A stretch of DNA of 16,644 nucleotides, from UHGV virus genome UHGV-0060989. The stretch is one strand, 5' to 3'. Of the stretch, positions 7,660 to 15,546 are shown piece after piece. The stretch comes from a virus. The notes under the pieces are model-generated. The model searched no databases and was not told the DNA's origin. It saw only the letters and a list, made by a program, of their open reading frames with translations. The translations under genes were made by a program, and so were the position numbers. The first letter of the stretch is position 1. Every line of letters starts with the position of its first letter.

Positions 7660-8310
7660 ATGAATACACAACTGATGGGTGAGCGTATTCGCGCTCGCAG
7701 AAAAGAACTCAAGATTAGGCAGGCTGCCCTTGGCAAGATGGTTGGCGTGTCTAATGTTGCTATTTCCCAATGGGAGCGATCTGAAACTGAGCCCAATGGC
7801 GAAAACCTATTGGCCTTAGCCAAGGCTTTGCAGTGCTCCCCTGATTACCTGTTGAAAGGAGAGGATAGTCTTTCAAACATTGCCTATCACAGCAGGCATG
7901 ATCCAAGAGGTTCGTATCCTCTAATTAGTTGGGTAAGCGCAGGATGTTGGATGGAAGCTGTAGAGCCATATCATAGGCGTGCAATAGATAACTGGTACGA
8001 CACAACGGTAGATTGTTCTGAAGACTCTTTTTGGCTCGACGTTAAAGGCGATTCAATGACTGCCCCGGCAGGACTGAGTATTCCTGAGGGGATGATTATT
8101 CTCGTCGACCCAGAAGTCGAACCACGTAATGGAAAGCTGGTAGTCGCCAAACTTGAAGGAGAAAACGAGGCGACATTCAAAAAGTTAGTTATTGATGCCG
8201 GTAGAAAATTCCTGAAACCACTCAATCCACAATACCCAATGATTGAAATCAATGGGAACTGTAAAATCATTGGCGTTGTCGTTGATGCCAAGCTAGCAAA
8301 CCTTCCTTAA
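7660..8310 (+). CDS. c2: C2 repressor (P22-type CI-family repressor with LexA-like autocleavage domain)
   Basis: 216 aa MNTQLMGERIRARRKELKIRQAALGKMVGVSNVAISQWERSETEPNGENLLALAKALQCSPDYLLKG..., closely matching P22 C2. It has an N-terminal HTH and a C-terminal S24 peptidase-like domain. Confidence 0.95.
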   Translation: MNTQLMGERIRARRKELKIRQAALGKMVGVSNVAISQWERSETEPNGENLLALAKALQCSPDYLLKGEDSLSNIAYHSRHDPRGSYPLISWVSAGCWMEAVEPYHRRAIDNWYDTTVDCSEDSFWLDVKGDSMTAPAGLSIPEGMIILVDPEVEPRNGKLVVAKLEGENEATFKKLVIDAGRKFLKPLNPQYPMIEINGNCKIIGVVVDAKLANLP

Positions 8311-8332
8311 GGGGCTTTCGCCCCTTTTTTAT
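8311..8332 (+). terminator. Intrinsic terminator after the repressor gene
   Basis: GGGGC-tttc-GCCCC followed by TTTTTTATTT. Confidence 0.6.
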
Positions 8333-8375
8333 TTCCCGTTAAAAATCAAAGACAAACTAAATTCACGCCCATAGA

Positions 8376-8430
8376 ATTAAGTTTTCTTCAAAAATGCACT
8401 TGACCAATAAATTAAGAAGTCTTAAATTTA
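8376..8430 (+). promoter_or_regulatory. OL/pL: leftward early promoter with operator sites
   Basis: -35 TTGACC (8400..8405), 17 bp spacer, -10 TAAATT (8423..8428). Operator-like ATTAAGAAGTCTTAAATT (8411..8428) overlaps the promoter; a weaker ATTAAGTTTTCTTCAAAA lies at 8376..8393. Confidence 0.6.
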
Positions 8431-8474
8431 AGCCATCAGCAGGACGCTGGAAGCCAAACGGAACAGATTGGCAG

Positions 8475-8514
8475 GCTCTTTAACATCGACGGACTCTCAA
8501 CCTAACCGTTGAGA
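8475..8514 (+). promoter_or_regulatory. nutL (boxA GCTCTTTAACA plus boxB hairpin)
   Basis: GCTCTTTAA at 8475..8483, then hairpin UCUCAAC-cuaacc-GUUGAGA at 8495..8514, upstream of N. Confidence 0.6.
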
Positions 8515-8624
8515 CCAGAACTTGAGTGGTTTTGGGGATGGCGCGAATTGCAGCTGCAAGACAGCGATCGAGAAGATAAGCACCTCGACGCGTCATGCGC
8601 CAAAGCCACTTAAAGGAGACCATC

Positions 8625-8930
8625 ATGGTAACCATTGTCTGGAAAGAATCCAAAGGTACGGCAAAAAGCCGCTACAAAGCTCGCAGAGCAGAACTTATTG
8701 CCGAGCGACGCAGTAATGAAGCACTGGCGCGAAAAATTGCGCTAAAGCTCTCTGGTTGCGTCAGAGCAGACAAAGCAGCATCACTAGGAAGCCTTCGCTG
8801 CAAGAAGGCAGAAGAAGTCGAGCGTAAACAGAACCGTATTTACTACCGGAAGCCACGGAGTGAAATGGGTGTGACTTGCTCAGGCCGCCAGAAGCAACGC
8901 GGAAAATCAATTCCAGCTTATTACGATTGA
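8625..8930 (+). CDS. N: Antiterminator N (phi21-type arginine-rich motif)
   Basis: From the Met preceded by AAGGAG: MVTIVWKESKGTAKSRYKARRAELIAERR... The ARM GTAKSRYKARRAELIAER matches phi21 N as I recall it, and the C-terminus ...GVTCSGRQKQRGKSIP resembles the lambda N C-terminus. Confidence 0.85.
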   Translation: MVTIVWKESKGTAKSRYKARRAELIAERRSNEALARKIALKLSGCVRADKAASLGSLRCKKAEEVERKQNRIYYRKPRSEMGVTCSGRQKQRGKSIPAYYD

Positions 8931-8938
8931 GGTGAGCC

Positions 8939-9076
8939 ATGCTCAAGAAAGTCAAACGTCGACTTTACAAAGAAGGTAGATATTCATGCCAGTTGCCAAA
9001 ATGCGACACAACAAAATGGAGTGTCGATGATTGGTGTAACTGGATAGATAGATACGGAACTTGGTGGGATAAATAA
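8939..9076 (+). CDS. Hypothetical small protein (45 aa, Cys/Trp-rich)
   Basis: MLKKVKRRLYKEGRYSCQLPKCDTTKWSVDDWCNWIDRYGTWWDK with a GAGGTG ribosome-binding site, immediately after N. Not in the ORF track. Confidence 0.35.
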   Translation: MLKKVKRRLYKEGRYSCQLPKCDTTKWSVDDWCNWIDRYGTWWDK

Positions 9077-9130
9077 CAGGTAACTTAAGCGGATTTATTT
9101 TCGCAGCAAACCACTTATTTGAGGTGAGAT

Positions 9131-9382
9131 ATGGAGTTTCATGAAAGTGCGATTTGTGATTTTCGCGCTAACGCAAATTCAGTAAAACCACAGCCAATTG
9201 CAGTTCTTTTTAAAACAATGGGTGCGTGGGCTGTTTTATGCTTCGCCTCTGATGACACTGACGCGAGAATGGCAATAGGCCAAGAGATGGAGATGGACCC
9301 GACAAACGATGAATTCATAATTTATGGCGCTCCATCTAATTACTTACTTGATACCTGCAACATTTACAACAAGGCTGCCTGA
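9131..9382 (+). CDS. Hypothetical protein (83 aa), immediate-early position
   Basis: ORF with GAGGTGAGAT upstream of the ATG, same strand and operon as N. No family recognised. Confidence 0.55.
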   Translation: MEFHESAICDFRANANSVKPQPIAVLFKTMGAWAVLCFASDDTDARMAIGQEMEMDPTNDEFIIYGAPSNYLLDTCNIYNKAA

Positions 9383-9421
9383 TGGTGGCCTTTATTTTTG
9401 GCATAAACAACAGAGGCTAAC

Positions 9422-9718
9422 ATGGAATTTAAAGGTACTGAAGGTAAGTGGGAAATAATGATGGATGGCGATGAGATTAAAATCATCCAGGCAGACTCTC
9501 TTGAAAATGGCACAGGCTGGCGTTCGTATATTGCAATCTGTGAGGAAGTTCAATGCATTGAAGATGCCAATCTAATAGCGGCAGCACCTGACCTTCTCGA
9601 AGCACTTCAGTTATTACTTAAGCAATCCAAAAATAGAACAACGACAACATATCCAGAATGGTATGGAGCTGTTAATAAAGGTCTCGCAGCAATCAGAAAA
9701 GCCATAGGTGATGAGTAA
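9422..9718 (+). CDS. Hypothetical protein (98 aa) with an Ead/Ea22-like IAAAPDLLEAL motif
   Basis: ORF with an AGAGG ribosome-binding site. The motif ANLIAAAPDLLEALQ resembles ANAEFIAAANPATVLALL in the ORF at 13437..13964. Confidence 0.55.
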   Translation: MEFKGTEGKWEIMMDGDEIKIIQADSLENGTGWRSYIAICEEVQCIEDANLIAAAPDLLEALQLLLKQSKNRTTTTYPEWYGAVNKGLAAIRKAIGDE

Positions 9719-9876
9719 TGAATAAGAAATACATTGTTGAAGTTATAGAGCGAGAAACGAAAGAAGTAATTAAACATTTCGAATTTGATAATTATAGAAA
9801 AGCTGACCGCGTAGAAGAAGGATTGTTGCGACAAAGTAATCTCGAAAAATTTGATGTTGTCATGCGATGCGAATAA
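9718..9876 (+). CDS. Hypothetical small protein (52 aa), AT-rich
   Basis: MNKKYIVEVIERETKEVIKHFEFDNYRKADRVEEGLLRQSNLEKFDVVMRCE. The ATG overlaps the preceding stop (TAATG). Not in the ORF track. Confidence 0.4.
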   Translation: MNKKYIVEVIERETKEVIKHFEFDNYRKADRVEEGLLRQSNLEKFDVVMRCE

Positions 9877-9969
9877 GCGCCTATAGCAGATTTACGAGTC
9901 TGCTATGTGAGCAATGTCGCTCGTAACTAAACAGGAGCCGACTTGTTCTGATTATTGGAAATCTTCTTT

Positions 9970-9994
9970 GCCCTCCAGTGTGAGGGCTTTTTTA
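9970..9994 (+). terminator. tL1-like intrinsic terminator
   Basis: GCCCTC-cagtgt-GAGGGC followed by TTTTTTAT. Confidence 0.6.
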
Positions 9995-10009
9995 TATGCA
10001 TACCAATAA

Positions 10010-10030
10010 CGCTTCACTCGAGGCGTTTTT
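10010..10030 (+). terminator. Second, weaker hairpin plus T-tract (tandem terminator)
   Basis: CGCTTC-actc-GAGGCG followed by TTTTT. Confidence 0.4.
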
Positions 10031-10060
10031 CGTTATGCAATCAAATATAAGGAGTTACCC

Positions 10061-10195
10061 ATGATGCACTTTCAGCTCGCGGGTAGCGGCGTCATGTCCG
10101 CTTTCTACCCGCACGAATCTGAATTATCACGCCGAGTTAAACAACTAATCAGAGCAGCAAAGAAACAACTGGAGGCGTTATGCGCAATGAAATAG
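10061..10195 (+). CDS. cIII: CIII-like protein (FtsH inhibitor family), 44 aa
   Basis: MMHFQLAGSGVMSAFYPHESELSRRVKQLIRAAKKQLEALCAMK with a strong AAGGAG site. The central region parallels lambda CIII (AG...ESLLERITRKL) and the position is right after the tL1-like terminators. Confidence 0.6.
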   Translation: MMHFQLAGSGVMSAFYPHESELSRRVKQLIRAAKKQLEALCAMK

Positions 10196-10332
10196 CCATT
10201 AATCACCAGATGCTTCGTGCGGCACAAAACAAAGCAGTAATAGCCAGATTTATTGGTGATTCAAAAATGTGGCTTGAAGCAAATAAAGCGATGAAATCAG
10301 CTATCAACCTTCCGTGGTATCGCAGGAAATGA
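10180..10332 (+). CDS. Kil-like small protein (50 aa), tentative
   Basis: MRNEIAINHQMLRAAQNKAVIARFIGDSKMWLEANKAMKSAINLPWYRRK. Position directly after cIII with overlapping start. The resemblance to lambda Kil rests on my uncertain recollection of that sequence. Confidence 0.4.
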   Translation: MRNEIAINHQMLRAAQNKAVIARFIGDSKMWLEANKAMKSAINLPWYRRK

Positions 10333-10413
10333 GTTTTACAGATAACTGGTCAGACGAAGAATTCATTCGTCAGATGAACAAAATGCTCAATCAGCACAAA
10401 GAACAGGAGAAAG

Positions 10414-10725
10414 ATGATGATTCTGACTCTGAATGATAAGCGTGAAATATCGCAAATAATCGCAAGTTTTACTGATGAAGATTACGAGCGAATCAACAGT
10501 GAAGTTGATCGCCTCTGCAAACGTTGCGACCCAATAAGCGAAATGCTTCGCTCATATAAACCAGATGAACACACTAAGGACGCTATCGACTGGTTGGAAG
10601 ATGATGACTGTAACTATCAGGAAAAAGCCGCTGAATGGTTCTGGGATGCAATAACCGAAAGAGTTAAGGCTGAATATGCCTTCGCAATATTCAAACGCAG
10701 ACACATTTATGGAGAAGCAGCATGA
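10414..10725 (+). CDS. Hypothetical acidic protein (103 aa) at the gam/abc position upstream of recT
   Basis: ORF with an AGGAG ribosome-binding site. Its stop overlaps the recT start. No family recognised. Confidence 0.6.
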   Translation: MMILTLNDKREISQIIASFTDEDYERINSEVDRLCKRCDPISEMLRSYKPDEHTKDAIDWLEDDDCNYQEKAAEWFWDAITERVKAEYAFAIFKRRHIYGEAA

Positions 10726-11633
10726 GCAATATCGTTGAATTCGTTAAACAGCAGGAGCAGTTATTCTGCGGAGCATTGACTGAACAGACGGTGACATGGG
10801 CTAAGGAAAGCCAGTTTGCAATTCAGTATTTCCAGAAAAATGATTACCTTGCTAAAACGGCACTGGCAAATCCAACCAGCGCACAGAACGCCATCATCAA
10901 TGTTGCGGCGATCGGCATCACCTTAAACCCGGCCAGCAAACTTGCTTATCTAGTTCCGCGCGACGGCATGGTTTGCCTTGATATCAGTTATATGGGATTG
11001 CTCCATATTGCAATGGAGTCTGGTGTTATCTCATGGGGTCAGGCAAAACTTGTTCATGCTAACGATACCTATGAGTCAAACGGGCTTGATAAAGCACCAA
11101 CCCATAAATACAACGCCTTCGGTGATCGTGGTGATATCGTTGGCGTTTACTGCACAGTTAAGACGCCAGCAGGTGATTATCTAACGGAAGAGATGAGTCT
11201 GGCTGAAATTGAGGCTGTAAGGAAAACAAGCAAGGCAGCATTCAGCGATAAAGGACCATGGGTAAATCACTGGAATGAGATGGCGCGAAAGACGGTCGTA
11301 AAGCGTGCAAGCAAGTATTGGCCTAAGGCATCACGTCTTGATAGTGCTATTCACGTACTAAACGAAGAAGAAGGTGTGTGGACTGAACCAGTTATGCCGC
11401 ACAAATCAGAGGAAGATATCCGCGAAGATGAACGGAAACGCCAGCAGGAAATAATGGATAAAGCACAACTTCTTTGTGATGAAATGGATCAGGCAGAAAA
11501 CATTGATGATTTGAAGCGATATTTTGCAGAAGCATATCGCCTGACATCTGGAATGAAATTGCAGCAGAACGTACAAGCCATTTACATAGAATGCAAAGCG
11601 AAACTGGAGGTTGCCAGTGAGCAAACTGTATGA
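10722..11633 (+). CDS. recT: RecT-family single-strand annealing recombinase
   Basis: 303 aa; the segment GPWVNHWNEMARKTVVKRASKYWPKA matches the conserved RecT core (compare Rac RecT GPWVTHWEEMAKKTAIRRLFKYLP). Confidence 0.85.
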   Translation: MSNIVEFVKQQEQLFCGALTEQTVTWAKESQFAIQYFQKNDYLAKTALANPTSAQNAIINVAAIGITLNPASKLAYLVPRDGMVCLDISYMGLLHIAMESGVISWGQAKLVHANDTYESNGLDKAPTHKYNAFGDRGDIVGVYCTVKTPAGDYLTEEMSLAEIEAVRKTSKAAFSDKGPWVNHWNEMARKTVVKRASKYWPKASRLDSAIHVLNEEEGVWTEPVMPHKSEEDIREDERKRQQEIMDKAQLLCDEMDQAENIDDLKRYFAEAYRLTSGMKLQQNVQAIYIECKAKLEVASEQTV

Positions 11634-12099
11634 AATAGCCAATGAATACGCAAAATTGATGGATTCAGATTTAGAACCAGAGATGATTGCTGACACAATA
11701 GAAGGCATGGAAGGAGAATTTACCGATAAAATAGAGCAACTTCTTTCCGTCATTAAAAATGAATCTGGTTATGCTGAACGCCTCAAGGAAGAGGCAAAGT
11801 CACTGAATGAGCGAGCCGCAGTAATTCAAAATAAGATTGACAGCATCAAATCATATATAGCGTCATCGCTTGAAATGGTTGGCAAGAAAAATATTCGAGC
11901 AGGTATTCACCAGGTAACAATCCGCAAACCGTCAGAAACTGTAGAAATCATCGACTCAAGCGCCCTTCCTCCTGAATACGTTGAGTTTGAAACGACAATT
12001 AAAGCCGACAAACTGGCAATCAAACACCAACTAAAAGCAGGAATAAATATCCCCGGCGCTCAACTCAAAGTTGGGAAACCTTCACTTCTTATCAAATAA
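11617..12099 (+). CDS. Siphovirus Gp157-like protein (recombinase-associated), probable GTG start
   Basis: About 160 aa, helical and acidic at the N-terminus. GGAGG lies 6 nt upstream of the GTG. The family assignment is from memory of Gp157 features and is moderately confident. Confidence 0.55.
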   Translation: MSKLYEIANEYAKLMDSDLEPEMIADTIEGMEGEFTDKIEQLLSVIKNESGYAERLKEEAKSLNERAAVIQNKIDSIKSYIASSLEMVGKKNIRAGIHQVTIRKPSETVEIIDSSALPPEYVEFETTIKADKLAIKHQLKAGINIPGAQLKVGKPSLLIK

Positions 12100-12110
12100 C
12101 GGTATCGCCT

Positions 12111-12425
12111 ATGAAAAAGACTCCATGGGAGAAATGGGAAGTCGATTTCTTGCGCGAAGTAGCGGCGACAATGCCAGTTGAACTTATCGCTGAAAAACTG
12201 GAAAGGACTGAAAAAGCAGTAATGGCGAAAGCAACAAGGATTGGCGCTGACATTGTTAGCCGACTTCGTGGAAGACGATGGACAAGAGCCGAAGTATCAC
12301 TTTTCGGTAAGTTCTCCGCAGAAGAAATAGCAATTGCAACCTGCCGCTCAATTTATTCAGTAAGAGCTATGCGATACAAGCTAAAAAAACTCGATGAAGA
12401 AAGAGCAGGCATACGAATAAATTAA
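12111..12425 (+). CDS. Hypothetical protein (104 aa) with two internal Myb/SANT-like repeats
   Basis: Two ~45 aa repeats, each beginning W-x-(K/R)-x-EV and containing an EIA...R core ([12 protein letters not shown]...[10 protein letters not shown] and [24 protein letters not shown]). Confidence 0.55.
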   Translation: MKKTPWEKWEVDFLREVAATMPVELIAEKLERTEKAVMAKATRIGADIVSRLRGRRWTRAEVSLFGKFSAEEIAIATCRSIYSVRAMRYKLKKLDEERAGIRIN

Positions 12426-12441
12426 CAAAGAGGAATTAATC

Positions 12442-12606
12442 ATGAGAGGACTTGCATACAATCCCGGCATTCTTCCGGCAGAAATGATTATTCGCCAACG
12501 CGTAAAGCCAATGCCATCGAGAGAGGAATTGCTTAAGAGAAATTCTTTTCCATCAGTGAATCAAAACAAATATCTGAATGAGATGTGGCGGAGTGGGAAT
12601 AAATGA
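12442..12606 (+). CDS. Hypothetical small protein (54 aa)
   Basis: [54 protein letters not shown] with an AAGAGG site. Its stop overlaps the next ATG. Not in the ORF track. Confidence 0.4.
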   Translation: MRGLAYNPGILPAEMIIRQRVKPMPSREELLKRNSFPSVNQNKYLNEMWRSGNK

Positions 12607-13148
12607 AACAAATGACACTAATTAAGATGGATGGTTTTCTGAAAGGTAAATGCATCCCACGAGATTTAAAGGTTAACGAAACAAACGCTGAATATCTGGT
12701 GCGTAAATTTGCTGAAGCGGAGGCCAAGATTTCGGCTCTGTCCGAATACCACCAGAAAGCGATTGAGTCAATTAAGCAGGCTGATGCGGCTGTTAAGTTG
12801 GCACACGAGAAGTTTTCGGCGCTGGCGGCGGAGAATGCGGGGCTGAAGTCTGGCGCTATGGACGAAATCAAGGTTATCAACCGTGGAGGGCAGGCATATT
12901 GCGTAAAAGATGGAGTGCAAGTTAATCCCATGTATGCAAGAGGGTGGAATGACTATCGCGCAAAGTCTATGCAATCAGACACCCCAGCCACCGACGCTTT
13001 CCTGGCTGAAATTGAACGCAAAGCAATCCGCAAGTTCATTAACAGCATTGAACACATCCTGCGTGACAAGTTGTCACCGTATGACACCGAAGAGATGCTT
13101 GAGGCTATGCGTATTTTTCTGGAAGAACAGAGTGGTGAGCAAAAATGA
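12603..13148 (+). CDS. Hypothetical coiled-coil protein (181 aa)
   Basis: ORF with a GGAG ribosome-binding site and an Ala/Glu/Lys-rich heptad-like central region. No family recognised. Confidence 0.6.
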   Translation: MKQMTLIKMDGFLKGKCIPRDLKVNETNAEYLVRKFAEAEAKISALSEYHQKAIESIKQADAAVKLAHEKFSALAAENAGLKSGAMDEIKVINRGGQAYCVKDGVQVNPMYARGWNDYRAKSMQSDTPATDAFLAEIERKAIRKFINSIEHILRDKLSPYDTEEMLEAMRIFLEEQSGEQK

Positions 13149-13450
13149 CAATCACAAAACAACGGGTAGAAGAAATCATATCCCGCATTGAAATGTATGG
13201 ACATGGTGCAGGATATACCGCTGACGAGGTTTATGACCTAGCTGTACTGGCGCTGAATTTATCAAATATCGCAAACCTGAAGCGATACGAGCTTGATATG
13301 GGAGGTTGTGACTCATGCGGTCAGGATTGTGGCGCTGACATGACTGAAGATTCTGATGGCGATTATGTCCTGTTTGATGACGTGGTTAAGTTGTTTGAGT
13401 TTGATACATTCGAAAGCCCAGCAAGGGAGACAACCAGTGAGCAAGATTGA
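13145..13450 (+). CDS. Hypothetical protein (101 aa) with acidic C-terminus
   Basis: ORF with a GGTGAG ribosome-binding site and start overlapping the preceding stop. Confidence 0.55.
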   Translation: MTITKQRVEEIISRIEMYGHGAGYTADEVYDLAVLALNLSNIANLKRYELDMGGCDSCGQDCGADMTEDSDGDYVLFDDVVKLFEFDTFESPARETTSEQD

Positions 13451-13964
13451 CTATCAGGCACTGCGTGAGGCGGCAGAAAAAGCAACGTGTGGCGTGTGGT
13501 CGCTCGAATATGGAGAGGAGAGATTTGATGCTGGTGATGCGCTAATTCATCGTGAAGTTGTTGGATATCTTCCCATTTGCAGAATTGAAGGAGCGCATCC
13601 TGAAAGCGGTTTCGATGAAGATTTCCAAATGGAACAGCAGGCCAATGCTGAATTCATCGCCGCAGCCAATCCGGCTACCGTGCTGGCACTACTGGATGAA
13701 CGGGAAAGAAACCAGCAATACATCAAACGCCGCGACCAGGAGAACGAGGATATTGCGCTAACGGTAGGGAAGCTGCGTGTTGAGCTGGAAGCCGCAGAGA
13801 AGCGCATTGCAGAACTGGAAGCACGGGAAATATCGCTCCCAGAACGTAGCAGCATGCTTCATCGAACAGATTTTCACGATGATTACCAAACGGTAATGGC
13901 ATACAAAGTTTCTGAAGTCATCGATGCAATCCGCGCTACTGGCATTCGCATCAAAGGAGAGTGA
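13437..13964 (+). CDS. Ead/Ea22-like protein (about 175 aa), probable GTG start
   Basis: Contains ANAEFIAAANPATVLALLDERE and a coiled-coil C-terminal region (LRVELEAAEKRIAELEA). GGGAGA lies upstream of the GTG. The longer track ORF begins in the previous gene. Confidence 0.55.
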   Translation: MSKIDYQALREAAEKATCGVWSLEYGEERFDAGDALIHREVVGYLPICRIEGAHPESGFDEDFQMEQQANAEFIAAANPATVLALLDERERNQQYIKRRDQENEDIALTVGKLRVELEAAEKRIAELEAREISLPERSSMLHRTDFHDDYQTVMAYKVSEVIDAIRATGIRIKGE

Positions 13965-13965
13965 G

Positions 13966-14157
13966 ATGAACGGACAAATATCAATTGTTCGACCGGGAGC
14001 ATGTGACGATTGCGAGATACGAATGATTATTCGTCTGGCGAGGGGGAAAACAATAACTGCTCTCATTACTCCAGAAAATATCGCATTAGCATTAACAGGA
14101 AAGTCAGACCTGCCAGTAGAGCTAAAGCTGCGAAATGTTGAGATTAAGGTGAAATAG
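13966..14157 (+). CDS. Hypothetical small protein (63 aa)
   Basis: MNGQISIVRPGACDDCEIRMIIRLARGKTITALITPENIALALTGKSDLPVELKLRNVEIKVK with an AAAGGAG site upstream. Confidence 0.45.
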   Translation: MNGQISIVRPGACDDCEIRMIIRLARGKTITALITPENIALALTGKSDLPVELKLRNVEIKVK

Positions 14158-14159
14158 CT

Positions 14160-15020
14160 ATGACCACTATTACCAAAGAGCGACTGCTGACAATCAAGCA
14201 GTGGCGCGAAACATACGGACCTGGTAGCAACGTTGTACTGCCAGCAGAAGAAGCGGAAGAACTGGCACGAATTGCTCTGGCATCGCTGGAAGCAGAACCA
14301 GTTGCTTATATTTTCAAACATCCGGCCGGGAAATTATTCTGGGCTTTAACGGATGAAAGCAATAAAGAGCAAGCTGACGTTATTCCTGTTTATGCTGCCG
14401 CGCCTGCGTCGGTTGTGCCGGATAATGCATCAGAGCCTCTTGCTTATGCTTACAAAGAGCTTACGCCTGAGATTATGCGCAACCATTTAGCTGTATTCGA
14501 GCGATATGGAATAGCCCCAAACGATAGCTCTACCACAATTCAGGCACTGCGAATCGCGCTGGATGGCATAGAGCGGAGCGACGCGATGCTTCATGGTGCC
14601 GAACCTGTAAGCCAAACTTACAAGTTGCCAGTTAATACACCTTGCAAAGATGCGCCAGCCCATATCTGGCTGCAAACGGCTGGAGTATGGCCAGAAGATG
14701 GCGAGTTAAGCGAATTAACGTGGTGCAGCCACAATCAGCACCATGATGACACGCTATATGTTCGAGCTGACTTGGTAAATGGCAACTCTCCGGTAACTCC
14801 GGATGGTTGGATAAGCTGTAGTGAGCGAATGCCTGAAATTAGACAAACAGTTATTGGATGGAATGGATATGCAGTTAGACAATGCGTATATACAAGGAAT
14901 GAATATGCCAAGACACAGAAAGGCAGAGAGCCAAGGTTTGAAACCTTAACTGGTATATGGCATGGAGTAACCCACTGGATGCCGCTACCAGAACCGCCGC
15001 AGGAGGTTAACCATGGCTAA
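14160..15020 (+). CDS. Hypothetical protein with C-terminal DUF551-like domain (286 aa)
   Basis: The C-terminal segment DGWISCSERMPE...GWNGYAVRQCVY...THWMPLPEPP is typical of the DUF551 phage domain. An AAGGTG ribosome-binding site lies upstream. Confidence 0.65.
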   Translation: MTTITKERLLTIKQWRETYGPGSNVVLPAEEAEELARIALASLEAEPVAYIFKHPAGKLFWALTDESNKEQADVIPVYAAAPASVVPDNASEPLAYAYKELTPEIMRNHLAVFERYGIAPNDSSTTIQALRIALDGIERSDAMLHGAEPVSQTYKLPVNTPCKDAPAHIWLQTAGVWPEDGELSELTWCSHNQHHDDTLYVRADLVNGNSPVTPDGWISCSERMPEIRQTVIGWNGYAVRQCVYTRNEYAKTQKGREPRFETLTGIWHGVTHWMPLPEPPQEVNHG

Positions 15021-15050
15021 CCTGCAACTTGACGTCAAAGGTGAATAACA

Positions 15051-15078
15051 ATCCTCGCATTCGCGGGGATTTATTTTA
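15051..15078 (+). terminator. Intrinsic terminator after the DUF551 gene
   Basis: ATCCTCGC-attc-GCGGGGAT (8 bp stem, one G-U pair) followed by TTATTTTAT. Confidence 0.5.
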
Positions 15079-15120
15079 TCTGAACTCGCTACGGCGGGTT
15101 TTGTTTTATGGAGATGATAA

Positions 15121-15288
15121 ATGCACTTCCGAGTCACAGGTGAATGGAATGGAGAGCCATTCAACAGGGTTATCGAAGCAGAGAACATCAACGACTGCTA
15201 TAACCACTGGATGATATGGGCGCAGATAGCGCATGCAGACGTAACCAATATTCGAATTGAAGAACTGAAAGAACACCAAGCCGCCTGA
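15121..15288 (+). CDS. Hypothetical small protein (55 aa) flanked by terminators
   Basis: MHFRVTGEWNGEPFNRVIEAENINDCYNHWMIWAQIAHADVTNIRIEELKEHQAA. GGAG lies 7 nt upstream. Not in the ORF track. Confidence 0.45.
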   Translation: MHFRVTGEWNGEPFNRVIEAENINDCYNHWMIWAQIAHADVTNIRIEELKEHQAA

Positions 15289-15300
15289 TGGCGGTTTTTT
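15279..15300 (+). terminator. Strong intrinsic terminator immediately upstream of xis
   Basis: AGCCGCC-tgat-GGCGGTT followed by TTTTTT. The stop codon of the 55 aa ORF lies in the loop. Confidence 0.65.
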
Positions 15301-15301
15301 C

Positions 15302-15330
15302 TTGCGTGTAATTGCGGAGACTTTGCGATG
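15302..15330 (+). promoter_or_regulatory. pI-like CII-dependent promoter (TTGC-N6-TTGC) at the xis start
   Basis: TTGCgtgtaaTTGC at 15302..15315, as at lambda pI. Confidence 0.5.
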
Positions 15331-15546
15331 TACTTGACACTTCAGGAGTGGAACGCTCGCCAACGACGCCCAAGAAGCCTTGAAACAGTTCGTCGATGGG
15401 TACGCGAGTGCAGGATATTCCCTCCTCCGGTTAAGGATGGAAGAGAGTATCTGTTCCACGAATCAGCGGTAAAGGTTGACTTAAATCGACCAGTAACAGG
15501 TAGCCTTTTGAAGAGGATCAGAAATGGGAAGAAGGCGAAGTCATGA
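15328..15546 (+). CDS. xis: Excisionase Xis (lambda-type)
   Basis: 72 aa MYLTLQEWNARQRRPRSLETVRRWVRECRIFPPPVKDGREYLFHESAVKVDLNRPVTGSLLKRIRNGKKAKS matches lambda Xis. Its 3' end overlaps the int start. Confidence 0.95.
   Translation: MYLTLQEWNARQRRPRSLETVRRWVRECRIFPPPVKDGREYLFHESAVKVDLNRPVTGSLLKRIRNGKKAKS

Noticed and set aside
7971-8291. 106 aa minus-strand ORF
   Set aside because: Lies entirely inside the c2 repressor gene on the opposite strand.
8522-8716. 64 aa ORF in the nutL/N leader
   Set aside because: Overlaps the N start in another frame, lies in the nut-site leader and lacks a ribosome-binding site.
10329-10442. 37 aa acidic ORF overlapping the kil-like stop
   Set aside because: Very short and low complexity, and overlaps the better-supported 103 aa ORF start. 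Could be real but the evidence is insufficient.
12533-12931. 132 aa minus-strand ORF
   Set aside because: Antisense to well-supported plus-strand genes in the early-left operon, with no ribosome-binding site and low-complexity composition. Likely a chance ORF.
13758-14321. 187 aa minus-strand ORF spanning three plus-strand genes
   Set aside because: Antisense to the Ead-like, 63 aa and DUF551 genes. Cys/Phe-rich odd composition and no start context.
15029-15214. 61 aa plus-strand ORF
   Set aside because: Runs across an intrinsic terminator and is out of frame with the better-supported 55 aa ORF that has a Shine-Dalgarno site.
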